Assembly: GCA_951406725.2 (NCBI GenBank)
Contig: OX597817.1
Location: forward strand, 169,446,001 to 169,510,000
Source of the DNA: Octopus vulgaris
Taxonomy: Eukaryota
Length of the DNA: 64,000 bases
Direction of reading: 5' to 3'
Of this stretch, positions 36,669-48,156 are shown piece after piece (positions within the stretch are counted from its first letter, which is position 1; each line of letters starts with the position of its first letter). The translations under genes and the position numbers were made by a program. The notes under the pieces were generated by a model. It did not search any database. It was not told where the DNA came from and worked only from the letters and a program-made list of their open reading frames with translations.

Positions 36669-37481
36669 CAAGGCTAGATTAAGACCCTAAGCCTTTAAAA
36701 GATTTTGCTGCCCACATGTGTAATTCAAAATATAAACAATAATAAACCATAAAATATTTTTTTTATTTTTCAAAATGAAACAAAACTAACATTAAGAGGG
36801 AAAATAATGTTTATTTTTGTATACTTCCACTTTATTTGGATTTAAAAAATTTTCTCCTACTTTTTTAATTGGAAAGTCTTTGATCAGATCCTCAAAATTA
36901 ATCTTTCGTAACACATCTGGTTCTAGATTTAGTAGAGATAAAGCATCCCAAGTATCATTTTAGCAAGTTTAAAGTGATTTTTGTTGTACCATAGATCATT
37001 TACCATTTCTGTGTTGCCAGCTTCCCTTAACCCTTTAGTATTCAGATTACTCTGTCAAATGTAAAGCCTGTTTAATCACATTGTTTTAAATTAATTGTAC
37101 AGCATCTTGTAACTCTGAGATTTTGATGATGTCCCTGTTTATTTTTAGAATGACTTTGTAGGGTAGGTGTGAGAGGTCAGAGCTGGCTGGTTTCAGACTA
37201 AAACAGGAAGACAATTTTGGCCTGGTATGGCCGGTTTAAATACAAAAGGGTTAATGTCCTTAGCACATGCTTTTTTTGTTTAACGGTTAATCTAGTACTG
37301 GTCACCAGATTCATAACACCAAGAAATGGGTCTTTATTTGACATAAAGCATCCCGATTATCATTTTAGCAAGTTTAAAGTGACTTCTTTTGTACTGTAAA
37401 CCACTTACCATTTCTGTGTTGTCACCTTCTCTTAATGCCCTCAGCACATGCTTATTTTGCTTAATGGTTAAACCAGAGCTG
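36669..37481. mobile_element. hAT-like non-autonomous element with a duplicated 3' end, containing a P1 MITE
   Basis: caaggctagattaag...ggttaatctagtactg termini; homologous to 54384-55080. Confidence 0.55.
37027..37254. mobile_element. piggyBac-like MITE (P1)
   Basis: TTAA-ccctttagtatt...aatacaaaaggg-TTAA. Confidence 0.8.
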
Positions 37482-37816
37482 CACCAGCCAAACATTGAAT
37501 AAATTCCTCAACACCAGTCAAGCATAAAAAAGAATCTCCAACACCAGTTAGACATTTAACAAATCCTCCAATGCCTCAAATACTCCTGAAATCCTCCAAC
37601 AGCAGACATATACATATCAAAGCCTCCAACACCATCAAGCACCGATGAACTCCTTTACTAGCAACCAAACTCCTATCAAAACCTCAAACACCAGTTAAGT
37701 CTCTGTCGAATCCTCTGACACCAACAAATATTAACAAAATCTCTAACACAGTGGTTCATATCCAGGGTCCATATGGCCCTTGTGAGTTCATATAAGTTTT
37801 TTCTGTTAAAATTTCT

Positions 37817-38152
37817 GAGACCCCCTTCAGTCACGACAAAGACCATGGGATTGCACCTAAAAAGTTACCCTCCCAGGCACAAGTCTGGGCAGTTGTTTAT
37901 GGAAGACCAGCAGTCACCCATGCATACTGGCCTTCCCTCTCCATGCCACTGATGTTATCCAAGGGAAAGGCAAAGGCTGATATAGCTTGGCACCAGTGAC
38001 AGCACAACTCAGTTCTACAGCTGAGTGAACTGGAGCAACGTGAAACAAAAGTGTCTTGCCCAAGAACACAACACGCAGCCCGGTCCAGGATTCGAGCTCA
38101 CAACCTCACGATCGTAAGTTCAACACTCTAACCACTGAGCCATGCACCTTCA
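37817..38152 (-). mobile_element. SINE, head H3 with tail T4
   Basis: Matches 49250-49593. Confidence 0.85.
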
Positions 38153-38265
38153 CATATTTATGTGAAATATAATTGGTTATACTTCTACAATGCATAAAAT
38201 ATTTTAACAATCTTTCAGTACAATTTTTAATAACATTTGATTATAAAAATATAATAGAATTTTTC

Positions 38266-38600
38266 TGAAGGTACGTGGTTTAGTGTTTAGAGCATTGGGC
38301 TCACAATCATAAGGTAGTGAGTTCGATTCCTGGAATGGGCTGCGTGTTGTGTTCTTGAGCAAGAAAATTTATTTCACGTTGCTCCAGTTCACTCAGCTGT
38401 AGAAATGAGTTGCAACATCATTGGTGCCAAGCTGTATCAGCCTTTGCCTTCCCTTCGATAACGTTGGTGGTGTGGAAAGGAGGGGCTGGTATGCATGGGC
38501 CACTGCTGGTCTTCCATAAAAACAACCTTGCCCGGACTTGTGCTTCAGAGGGGAAGTTTCTAGATGCAACCTTCATGACTGAAGGAGGTCTTTACCTTTT
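38266..38600 (+). mobile_element. SINE, head H3 with tail T4 (inverted partner of the previous copy)
   Basis: gagttcgattcc B box, CORE-like ttgtgttcttgagcaag, tail ending ggaggtctttacc. Confidence 0.85.
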
Positions 38601-38936
38601 TTTAAATAGGATTTTTTAAATATTGAATGGCTATGATGGTCCACCTGAGTAAAATAGGAATCAAAGGGGCACATAGGTAAAAGAATTGTTGGAAACCACT
38701 GCTCTAAACACCATCAAACATCTGTTAGAACCTCTCTCACTAGCCATACATCTATTAAAATCCCCAATACCAAAGAGCTTTCAAAATCTCCATTATGACT
38801 CACATAACCACTAATATCAACCCCATATCTATCAATACCTCAGACACCAGTCAAACACCTTAATCCCTAGTCCCACACCTAACAAAACTCCAAAAACATC
38901 CATCACCTCCAAGAACAATCAAATCTTCCAACACCA

Positions 38937-39326
38937 TTATCCTTTTCTACTCTCAGCACAAGGCCTGAAATTTTTTGGGCGGGAGCCAATCGATTAGATT
39001 GACCCCAGTACGCAACTGGTACTTAATTTATCGACCCCGAAAGGATGAAAGGCAAAGTCGACCTCAGCGGAATTTGAACTCAGGATGTAAAGACAGACGA
39101 AATACCTATTTCTTTATTACCCACAAGGGGCTAAACATAGAGGGGACAAACAAGGACAGACAAATGGATTAATTCGACTATATCGCCGCCAGTGCGTAAC
39201 TGGTACTTAATTTATCAACCCCGAAAGGATGAAAGGCAAAGTCGATCTCGGCAGAATTTGAACTCACAACGTAGCGGCAGACGAAATACTGCTCAGCATT
39301 TTGCCCGGCATGCTAACGTTTCTACC
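38937..39326 (-). mobile_element. Dimeric H4 SINE inserted as one unit
   Basis: Two H4 bodies in tandem inside a 33-bp exact TSD (38904-38936 and 39327-39359). Confidence 0.85.
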
Positions 39327-39759
39327 CACCTCCAAGAACAATCAAATCTTCCAACACCAGTGAAATACCCATCAAATGTTGAATTCATTCAGGCAGGTCA
39401 CTCATGCAATGAACTGATAATTTCTGTCTTTGCTTATGAAATATCTGTCAAACTGCTTGTCTCGTGCACGTGATGTGGTTGAGCCTTGCCAGTTAGAATT
39501 TTATGTCTCTCATCTCATCCTCCCATTGCTGAACTAGTAATATAACTTCAGTACATAATACTAATTATTACGGACTGTAATTCAATCTGGCGACTCTTGG
39601 TGATTAATTATGGCAGGAGAGCAGCAAAGTTTTAGAAGCTGACTGTCAATAATTGCAGTCACTAGATTCTGCGTAGATATCTCAGATCGTTATTTCTCCA
39701 TGAGCTACAGGAAGAGAAATCCATAGGTAATTAGTTGTCAGCTGCCTCATCCTCCCCTC

Positions 39760-40300
39760 CTCCCTTTTCTCTCCTCTTTCTCCTCCTCATCTACATTATC
39801 ATCATCATTACTATCATCATCACCATCACTACCCCTCCTCTCTTCTTCCTCCTCCTCTTCTGCCTCCTCTTCCTCTTGCTCTTCCTCCTCCTTTTCCTCC
39901 TCTTCTTCATCTTCCCCTTCATCTTCCTCCTCCTTTTCCTCTTCATCTTCCCCTTCATCTTCCTCCTCCTTTTCCTCTTCATCTTCCTCCTCCTCTTCCT
40001 CTTCCTCTTCCTCCTCCTTTTCCACTTCATCTTCCTCCTCCTCTTCATCTTCCCCCTCCTTTTCCTCCTCCTCTTCATCTTCATCCTCCTCTTCCTCTTC
40101 ATCTTCATCCTCCTTTTCCTCTTCATCTTCATCCTCCTTTTCCTCTTCATCTTCATCCTCCTCTTCCTCTTCATCTTCCTCCTCCTTTTCCTCTTCATCT
40201 TCCTCCTCCTCCTCTTCCTCTTCCTCTTCCTCCTCCTCTTCCTCTTCATCTTCCTCCTCCTCTTCCTCTTCTTCTTCCTCCTCTTCCTCTTCTTCATCTC
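39760..40300. repeat. (TCC/TTC/ATC)n polypyrimidine microsatellite
   Basis: Visible directly; explains the K/R-rich, E-rich and L/F-rich ORFs. Confidence 0.9.
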
Positions 40301-40729
40301 GTCTGTTATCCCCTGATCCTCCAGTTCCTCATTGTCATCATCATCATCATCAGCAGCACCAACCCTTCTCGTCTCTTTCTTCTTCTCGCTCCTCCTTTTT
40401 CTTCATCCTGCCTTTTTCTTCATGATGCAAGGTGATTGAAAGGGTGAAGGGATAAAAGAATTGAGACTGTGGGTGGGTGGCAGTCGCGAGAGTGTATGGG
40501 GGAGAGAGAGACACACACACAAGGAAAAGGGTGAGGGTATGATTTTTTAAAATAAATTTTGGAAGCATCGAATGTGGTTGGTATTTTGCAGAAAGTAAAT
40601 TTTGGACACCATAAAGCTAACTTTTTTTTCAGTCTTACAAGACTAAATTCCCAATCTTTCTCTGTTGTTCTTACAGCTTTACTGTGTCCAAAATTTACTT
40701 TCTTGTCTGCTATATATATATATATCTAC

Positions 40730-41071
40730 TTACATCACATCACACCACCACGCACACGTCAGCACTGACCACTTCCCAGACCCACATTTTCACACCTACA
40801 CATACACACAAGCACGTGCACCTTCCTTTTGGGATCACCACCACTTTATTATCTCCCCTTCTCCCTAGCTCTCCTGTGTGACCCTTCTGTCCAGCATTTG
40901 CCATGATAGATCACTAGCCACTACACATTCTTTATTTTCTCTCCTTGTTTCTTTCTGTGGAAGAGCGTAGGCTTGAAACATTAAAGACTTTTTCACTTCC
41001 CGGGCATTATACTAATACATCTGTTTGTTGTCTACACCACCTGTCTTCATCTTATGTTTTTTGTGAATTCT

Positions 41072-41075
<4 letters not shown>
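40730..41075 (+). mobile_element. Penelope-like 3' remnant with a degenerate hammerhead-like motif, in (TA)n
   Basis: UCUUU CUGUGGA A GAGC guag GCUU GAAA CA UU AAAGA at 40950-40987; (TA)n on both sides. Confidence 0.45.
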
Positions 41076-41112
<37 letters not shown>

Positions 41113-41114
<2 letters not shown>

Positions 41115-41305
41115 TATTTTATAGAAGGAGCTTCTACAGGACTAGAACTGTTTCATTCAAATGAAATCATCAGGCTTCCTGATGATTTCATTTGAATGAA
41201 ACAGTTCTAGTCCTGTAGAAGCTCCTTCTATAAAATAAATTAATTTACTCTGCCATGTATTGAGTACCTTATTTACTGTGGTTAACCCCGACTCAACCCG
41301 GGACC

Positions 41306-41308
<3 letters not shown>
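41113..41308. mobile_element. Penelope-like terminal remnant: perfect 62-bp inverted repeat plus tail, in (TA)n
   Basis: Arms 41113-41174 and 41178-41239 with a 3-nt loop; contains a hammerhead; second family member at 21839. Confidence 0.75.
41174..41222 (+). ncRNA. Type I hammerhead ribozyme
   Basis: GCUUC CUGAUGA uUUCauuuGAAu GAAA CAG uucuaguc CUG UA|GAAGC. Confidence 0.7.
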
Positions 41309-41347
<39 letters not shown>

Positions 41348-41397
41348 CACACACACACATATAGATAGATTGACAGATACATACATACATACATACA

Positions 41398-41426
<29 letters not shown>

Positions 41427-41428
<2 letters not shown>

Positions 41429-42256
41429 GCAAGAAAAGCAGTAAAATGTGACAACTGAAGCAGACTTTGTGGAGTTGACATTGAAGATATCACCCACATC
41501 ATAAGTAGTTGTCTGAAAATGTCATCATGGTATTATCTACCGATGAGACATGATGTTGCAGCTAGGACACTCCATAATGAAATCCATCAGAAGGATAACC
41601 CTGAGGACAAAGAACCCCAGTATAGTAGATGCCATGGCCACTCATAATAAAAAGGAGTGTGAGTGGAATGTCCCAGTAAAGACTTCAATAAAATGTAGGC
41701 ACAACAGACCTGATATAATGATTTGGGATAGAGAAGAGAAAGTGTGTGCAGTTGTGGAAATTAGCTGCCCGGCAGATGTTAACATAAAGCTGAAGATCAG
41801 GAAAAAAGAGAATACCTACACTGAACTAATGAGAAATCTGCAGTTACTCTATCCAGATTACAAGTTCAGGTTTATACCTGTAATTAGTGGGACCCTGGGA
41901 TATGTAACATACTGCCTAAATACTAATCTTGAGAAATTAGGGTTCTCAAAACTAGAAAGGAGAAAGCTAATTCAAAGACTACAGATCCAATCTCTCACTG
42001 AAACTGTAAAAATCTGTAAAACTTTCCAGAAGTTTATCATTTAAATATATATGAGCATGTCTAGATATGCAACTATATGCATGAGAATACACACATGAAA
42101 CAGAACATACAAATCAGCACATATACATACATACATACATACAAACAAAAATACCCTGTTGTTGATGTTGAAATTCCAATGAAGGAACCTTGGATCTAGG
42201 TTACAAACCGGCTCTTTTGCTATTGGCAAGAAATCTTGAAATGAAACTGAACAATG
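41427..42256 (+). mobile_element. R4/Dong-clade LINE 3' end (CCHC knuckle, restriction-like endonuclease, 3' UTR), frameshifted
   Basis: RLCGVDIEDITHIISSC...RHD in one frame, then ORF 41550-42044 with NRPDIMIWD...VVEISCP...KKENTY; (CATA)n flanks. Confidence 0.85.
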
Positions 42257-42636
42257 ACATACACACATGCATACATACATACACACACATATGAATACAC
42301 ACACACACACACCATACCTGTACATATATAGGAGCGGGAAGTTTGCTCTACAACCACATCATCCCAGGTTCAGCTCTGTGGTGAAGTACTTTAGACGAGG
42401 GCCTTCTATTGTAATCTGAGGTTGACCAGTTCCTTACACCAGTTCCATCCCTACATGTGTATGCATACAGGTATGTGTATATGTGTGAGTGTGTATGTGT
42501 ATGTGTGTGCATGTGTGAGTCAGTATGTGTATGCATGAGTGTGTGTGTATGTGTATGTTTCTGTCCTTCTGTCGATGTTGTCTTTATGCTGTGACTCAGT
42601 ATGGCCACACACAAATAACTAAGGCCACTAAAAAAG

Positions 42637-42697
<61 letters not shown>

Positions 42698-42721
42698 ATG
42701 TATATGTATGTATGTATGTAT

Positions 42722-43940
42722 GTTTGGGCTTGGGAACAAGCAAGAACATCCTTCCTGATCAAGTCTACCTTCGACGTTCTACCCTCACCGGCGAACTTAG
42801 TCCGGTGGAACATAAAAACAACCGATGAGTGTAGATGCAGAGAGAAAGCGACGGTTAGACATGTTCTGTCAGGTTGCAGACTAGCACTTGAAAGATATAC
42901 ATGGCGGCATAATCATGTCCTCGGCATCATAAGCGCAGCACTCAAGGATAAGATCGAGAGGTACAATAGGGGAGAATACCCAAAAGTAGAAAAGCGCAGG
43001 AGAGTATACTTCCACAAGGAGGGAAGAGGTTATAAAACCAGGCCTACAAGTAAAGTATACGAGATAGACGAAAGATGGAAGGGATACTGGGAGGTGGCCA
43101 CGGACTTGGAAAGACAAGTAATATTTCCACTAATAAAAACAACAAAAAGACCGGATTTAGTTCTTTGGAACAGAGACCGGAGAATGGGAATTTTACTAGA
43201 ACTGACAGTACCTTGGGAAGAGAACATCGGCAATGCAGAGGAACGAAAGGAGAAGAGGTATGAAAAACTAATCAAAGAATGCAGAGAACATGGATGGAAT
43301 GTCGAATATTATCACCTGGCAGTGGGGGCTAGGGGCTTCATTGAAAGGAAAATGACAACGCTTTTCAAAAGAAGATTTGATTTTTCTAGCACCAAGCTGT
43401 GTAAACTAATAAGGAGAGTACAGGAGGCGGTCGAAAAAGCCAGCTTCTATATATGGCTGAAGCGGGAAGACCGAAAATAGCTTGAAAGTCATAAACACGC
43501 CGACGGGAAATAACATCACTAGGTGAGACAAGCTGACTGACAGGTGACGGTCGTCTAGAAAAAGCGCGGGCTGAAACTACACACCTTCACTAGTCAGTTA
43601 CAGTGAGACAGTGTCACTTGACAACTTGCTGGGACTGCTTGCTGGAGCCTAGCAGCAGGTATTTAAAGGGAGAAATTTGACAAGTCAGTCAGTCACCGGC
43701 TGACACTCGCTGATGATACATCGAAGAGGCCAGGGAACAGAAGAAAGAAGAAGAAAGAAGACATGCACCCAACACCAGAGCTGAAGACACCTCCGAAAGG
43801 GGGGGCCCCGCCACGTCAAAACGGTAGAGGAGTAGGGGCCGAAACTGGACGTGGTTCCTCCTGATGATGTCTTGAGCTAACTGGATCCTATAAAGGAGCT
43901 GTTGTAGTAGCAGACCACGAAACACGGTTGTAATTCCTCC

Positions 43941-43945
<5 letters not shown>
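42722..43945 (+). mobile_element. HERO-clade non-LTR retrotransposon, 5'-truncated, with an open C-terminal ORF (zinc knuckle and RLE) and 3' UTR
   Basis: PSPANLVRW...CRC...HVLSGC...RYTWRHNHVL...RPDLVLW...ELTVPWEE...ERKEKRY...VGARGF; stop at 43480; (TATG)n on both sides. Confidence 0.85.
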
Positions 43946-43976
<31 letters not shown>

Positions 43977-44006
43977 TGTATGTATGTATGTATGTATGCA
44001 TGCATG

Positions 44007-44039
<33 letters not shown>

Positions 44040-44584
44040 GTGTGTATGTCTTTTTACATAGATTACATAGATATATACATACATATATTATATTATTATA
44101 TGTCCACAACTAATGTACATGTATATGTATAAGTGTATATGAATGTGTGTGTGTATGTGTATGTGTGTGTGTGTGTGTGCATGTGTGTGTGTTTGTGTGT
44201 GTAAATTATCTGACCATCCATACAGCTAAAAGTAGCCTATTATTACCAGCTGACCACTAGAGTGTGACCTTTGAAGTTACTGAACTGTTCTCCCCCCCCC
44301 ACACACACACATACACTCTCTCTCTCTCTCTCTCTGTTGTATTTTATCACTTCAGATCACATCTATAATCCCACCTCTACATACATACTTATTGGTTCTG
44401 TTTTGCAATACTGCAGACAATGATTCTTTGTCTCTCTGACTGACCTTTGACCATCTTTTGGATGAGAGGACAGAGGAAAGGGGTAAAATGGTTGAAGGTT
44501 CACCTTCAGGAACAACTGGTTGGGTGTGGTAGTCAGTAGAATTCTACTGAGTGCTACTGCTGTCTTAAAGGGCTCACACTACTA

Positions 44585-44722
44585 TCATCATCGTCGTTTA
44601 ACGTCCGCCTTCCATGCTAGCATGGGTTGGACAGTTCAACTGGGGTCTGGGAAGCCAGAAGGCTGCACCAGGCCCAGTCTGATCTGGCAATGTTTCTACA
44701 GCTGGATGCCCTTCCTAACGCC
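44585..44722 (-). mobile_element. Family F 3' fragment
   Basis: gtttaacgtccgccttccatgctagcatggg...cccttcctaacgcc. Confidence 0.85.
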
Positions 44723-44730
44723 TTGCTATA

Positions 44731-44789
<59 letters not shown>

Positions 44790-44793
<4 letters not shown>

Positions 44794-45017
44794 GCTGGTA
44801 GAATTGTTAGCCCACAGATAAAATGTTTATGCCAGGTGAAATGCTTATCAGTATTTCATTTGTCTTTACATTCTGAATTCAAATTCTGACAGGGTTGACT
44901 TTGCCTTTCATCCTTTAGGGGTATATAAAATAAGAACCAGTTGAGCAATGGGGTCGATGCAATTGACTAGTCCCCTCCCCCAAAATTTCAGGCCTTGTGC
45001 TTATAGTAGAAAGGACT
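44790..45017 (+). mobile_element. H4 SINE with alternative tail ending in (ATT)n
   Basis: gactttgcctttcatcctttagggg...aaatttcaggccttgtgcttatagtagaaagg. Confidence 0.75.
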
Positions 45018-45036
45018 ATTATTATTATCATCATCA

Positions 45037-45082
<46 letters not shown>

Positions 45083-45090
45083 CATCATCA

Positions 45091-45122
<32 letters not shown>

Positions 45123-46057
45123 GTTATTATTATTATTATTGTTATTATTATTATTATTACTACTACTACTACTACTAGCAGGATCTGTGAATATGCCATG
45201 GAATTAATGGTAAACCTATCTCGTTATTTTTGAAAACTTTATCCAAAATGACTGAAAGCATAGCCTGTGTTGTGTCTATATGGTAAGATAGCACTCCTCT
45301 GCTACTCATTGAAAAGTGGAATAAATTGGAATACGGTGATTACTTAAAGCACTTTATATATACACTTTATATAATTTATGCATAATTTTATAGACTTAAT
45401 ACACAGCACTCATAAAATAAATATTCACTCTTTTATTTTTCCATTTCCCCCATAAAGAAAAGAAATATCCTGTACATATGATACAACCTTTACTTAAATT
45501 GTATATATCTGCCATGTAAATAAGCATGAATATTTCTTGAAATTGCACTTGTGTGCATGCATCAATTGATAGGTGATATAAAAAAATTTAGTTCAATTAA
45601 AAAAATGCACTTTTCACTATCCAATCACCACCACCACCACCACAATCATCATCATCATTTCTTGCCCCATCTCTTGCCTCTCTATCTCCCTTATCTCTCT
45701 CTCTCTCACTCCCCTCTGTCAAAACCTCAAATGTAAGATCTCATCCCATCCAATGATGGAATTAACCTACAGACATTATTTTGGACCATCAAGTCCCCAG
45801 AAACAGCTGTTGGATTTGTATAACTTTTCTCCAATCTCTTTAATTCTTGATATCATTTCTAATCTGTGTAAGTCAGACCTTCTTGTTTGCAACATACATA
45901 CATTTTTTGTATTTTATGTATTTAATATACTTTGTATATTGGCCTGCCTAATTTACTTGTCCTTACATTTATTTCTCTACTAGCTCAAGTTTAAACCTCT
46001 TAAGGACTACTAAGTGTATTCTATACAGAGAATATTTGATTCTCATCAATGAATTAT

Positions 46058-46089
<32 letters not shown>

Positions 46090-47144
46090 GTAGTTTACTG
46101 TTTGTCTTTTGTTAAGGTCAACAAGAAAGTATCCAGTCCATTGGAAGATAAGGATAATGTAATGAAAGCAGGAGTCATACATGAGCTATTTCAAATTTCA
46201 TTCTCAGATAGTACACTAATAAGATGAGCTTGGCAATTGTTCAGGCTCACAGGACATGGCTACTTCATGAGAAGGCTAAAGAAAAAATGAAGCAGAATTA
46301 CAAGAAAATCAAGAAAACATTAAGGAAATGAGAGATAAATGTTACGTTCCTGCAATGCACTAACAGGAGTTCAAACCATCCTAAAGCAGTTGTTATGTCC
46401 ATTATTAGAGGTGTTTTATCAAGAATATCCAGATTTCTCTACTAAAGAGATTTTCTCCTAAAATGTGTAGTACTATAATGCAACTTTTGGTAGGTCTAGA
46501 TATACTAAAAGAAAAAAATCTGATGCATATCAGATAAAAGTATTATAAAAATATTTAAGAATAATTGATTGTATTCACAAAGGAATAGATGTACTCAATA
46601 TAAATAATACTCATATTTTAGCATTCCTTTTCAGCAATAAGAATAATGCTAATACAATTAATAGCATTTTTCCAGATTATAAACCTAATAGTATATATAA
46701 CTGTAGGGATCAATGTAAATGCTCTTTATATAACCAATGTTTTAAAAAGGATTTAGTATTTAAATGTTCCTAATAAAGTACATCATTACATAGGTACCAT
46801 GGCATTTAAATTCAAATTTGGTTTGCATAATCAAATGCATTCCTTTATTAATAAAATAAAAGAACTTAGCACTTCACTAGTTAAACTTCATTGGGATCTC
46901 AAAGAAATGAATGTTGGTTATTCAATTTCATGGTCAATTACATACTGCACTTCCATGAAAAGTGGTTGGATAGCTGTAGTTTTCACTCTATGGAGGCACT
47001 AGAAATTCTTACATGTAAGTCTGGTCTAATTAATAAGCATAATGAATTTTTAATCCATTGTTCCCACCATTTAAATAAAGCATCCTTTTAGCTTACTTGT
47101 TTGAATTAAATTGAGTTCATGACAGCATTCTTTGTATTGAGGAG

Positions 47145-47785
47145 GAGGAGACCCCCTTCGGCCATGAATGACCATGGGACTGCACCTAGAAAGTTACCCT
47201 CCGAGGCACAAGTTAGGGCAAGATTGTTTGTGGAAGGCTAGCAGTCGCCCATGCATACCAGCCTCCCCTCTCCACACCACTGATGTTATCCAAGAGAAAG
47301 ACAAAGGCCGATACAGCTTTGGCACCAGTGATATTGCAACTCATTTCTACAGCTAGGTTAACTGGAACAACGTGAAATAAAGTGTCTTGCTCAAGAACAC
47401 AACACAGCCTGGTTTTGTTCCTCCTCGAGCCATGCCTGGCTCATAAGGGCCAGTTTCCCAGTTTCCTTGGCGTATAGGTTCCCCACCTGGACGGGACGCA
47501 GGTGAGCTGCAAGATGCAGGAGGAAAGAATGAGAGAAAGTTGTGGCGAAAGAGTCAGTAGAAGTTTGCCATTACCTTCTGTCGGAGCCTCGTGGAGCTTA
47601 GGTGTGTTTCGCTCATAAACACACACATCGCCCAATCTGAGATTCGAACCCACGATCCCTTGACCGTGAGTCCGCTGCTCTAACCACTAGGCCATGCGCC
47701 TCCACTTACACAGCCTGGTGTGGAAATCGAACTCACAACCTCACAATCATAAGCTCTATGCTCTAACCACTGAGCCATGCGCCTT
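47145..47785 (-). mobile_element. H3+T4 SINE interrupted by an H2-type SINE
   Basis: The two halves rejoin at the duplicated acacagcctggt. Confidence 0.85.
47414..47707 (-). mobile_element. SINE, H2-type head with tail T3 (nested)
   Basis: TGGCCTAGTGG and GGTTCGAATC boxes; 12-bp TSD at 47402-47413 and 47708-47719. Confidence 0.85.
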
Positions 47786-48029
47786 ACTCCAGCTTTATCA
47801 TAGGTGACTCTATATATAATGTTCTCTAAATCTTTATACTCCCAGCTTAAATTTTTCCCCGTCTGGCTAATCATTTATTGTTTTTCTAATGAATTTATTT
47901 AATTTCAACAGTAAATGATCCAGCCATAATTATTGTGATGCTGTTACAGATTTATTCTGTACTTTTATTCTAGTTCTATGTCCTTATCTTTTCAAGTCTT
48001 ATCTTTATCTCGATTTAGTACTAGTGAAG

Positions 48030-48065
<36 letters not shown>

Positions 48066-48156
48066 TCAGCTGTCACATCCTAGATGTTATGACAGGTTAA
48101 AATCAGGAGGACTGACAGCAAGCCTATGTCTCCTTACAACTAAATAGGTGCCTAAA

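Larger units (their letters stand above)
37749..38701. mobile_element. hAT (Charlie-like) MITE hosting two SINEs
   Basis: cagtggtt...aaccactg termini with near-duplicated 8-bp flanks ctctaaca/ctctaaac. Confidence 0.7.
37485..38936. repeat. Degenerate minisatellite of about 29 bp (aaatcctccaacaccagtcaaacat-like), split by a hAT MITE
   Basis: Recurrent cctccaacacca-like cores at 37485-37745 and 38705-38936. Confidence 0.6.

Noticed and set aside
39735-40316. Protamine-like K/R-rich ORF and hydrophobic ORF
   Set aside because: They derive from opposite strands of a (TCC/TTC)n array.
42172-42230. Hairpin aacct...aggtt followed by caaaccgg in the Dong-like 3' UTR as a ribozyme
   Set aside because: There is no CUGANGA or GAAA core; it is more simply a 3' UTR stem-loop.
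43853-43940. CTGATGA...GAAACACGGTTGTA in the HERO 3' UTR as a hammerhead
   Set aside because: Core words and a possible stem III are present, but the stem I flanks do not pair and stem II is poor.
45750-47100. Possible decayed LINE on the minus strand (shares about 100 bp with 59960-60060)
   Set aside because: The local similarity is visible, but no RT or endonuclease motif could be read confidently.
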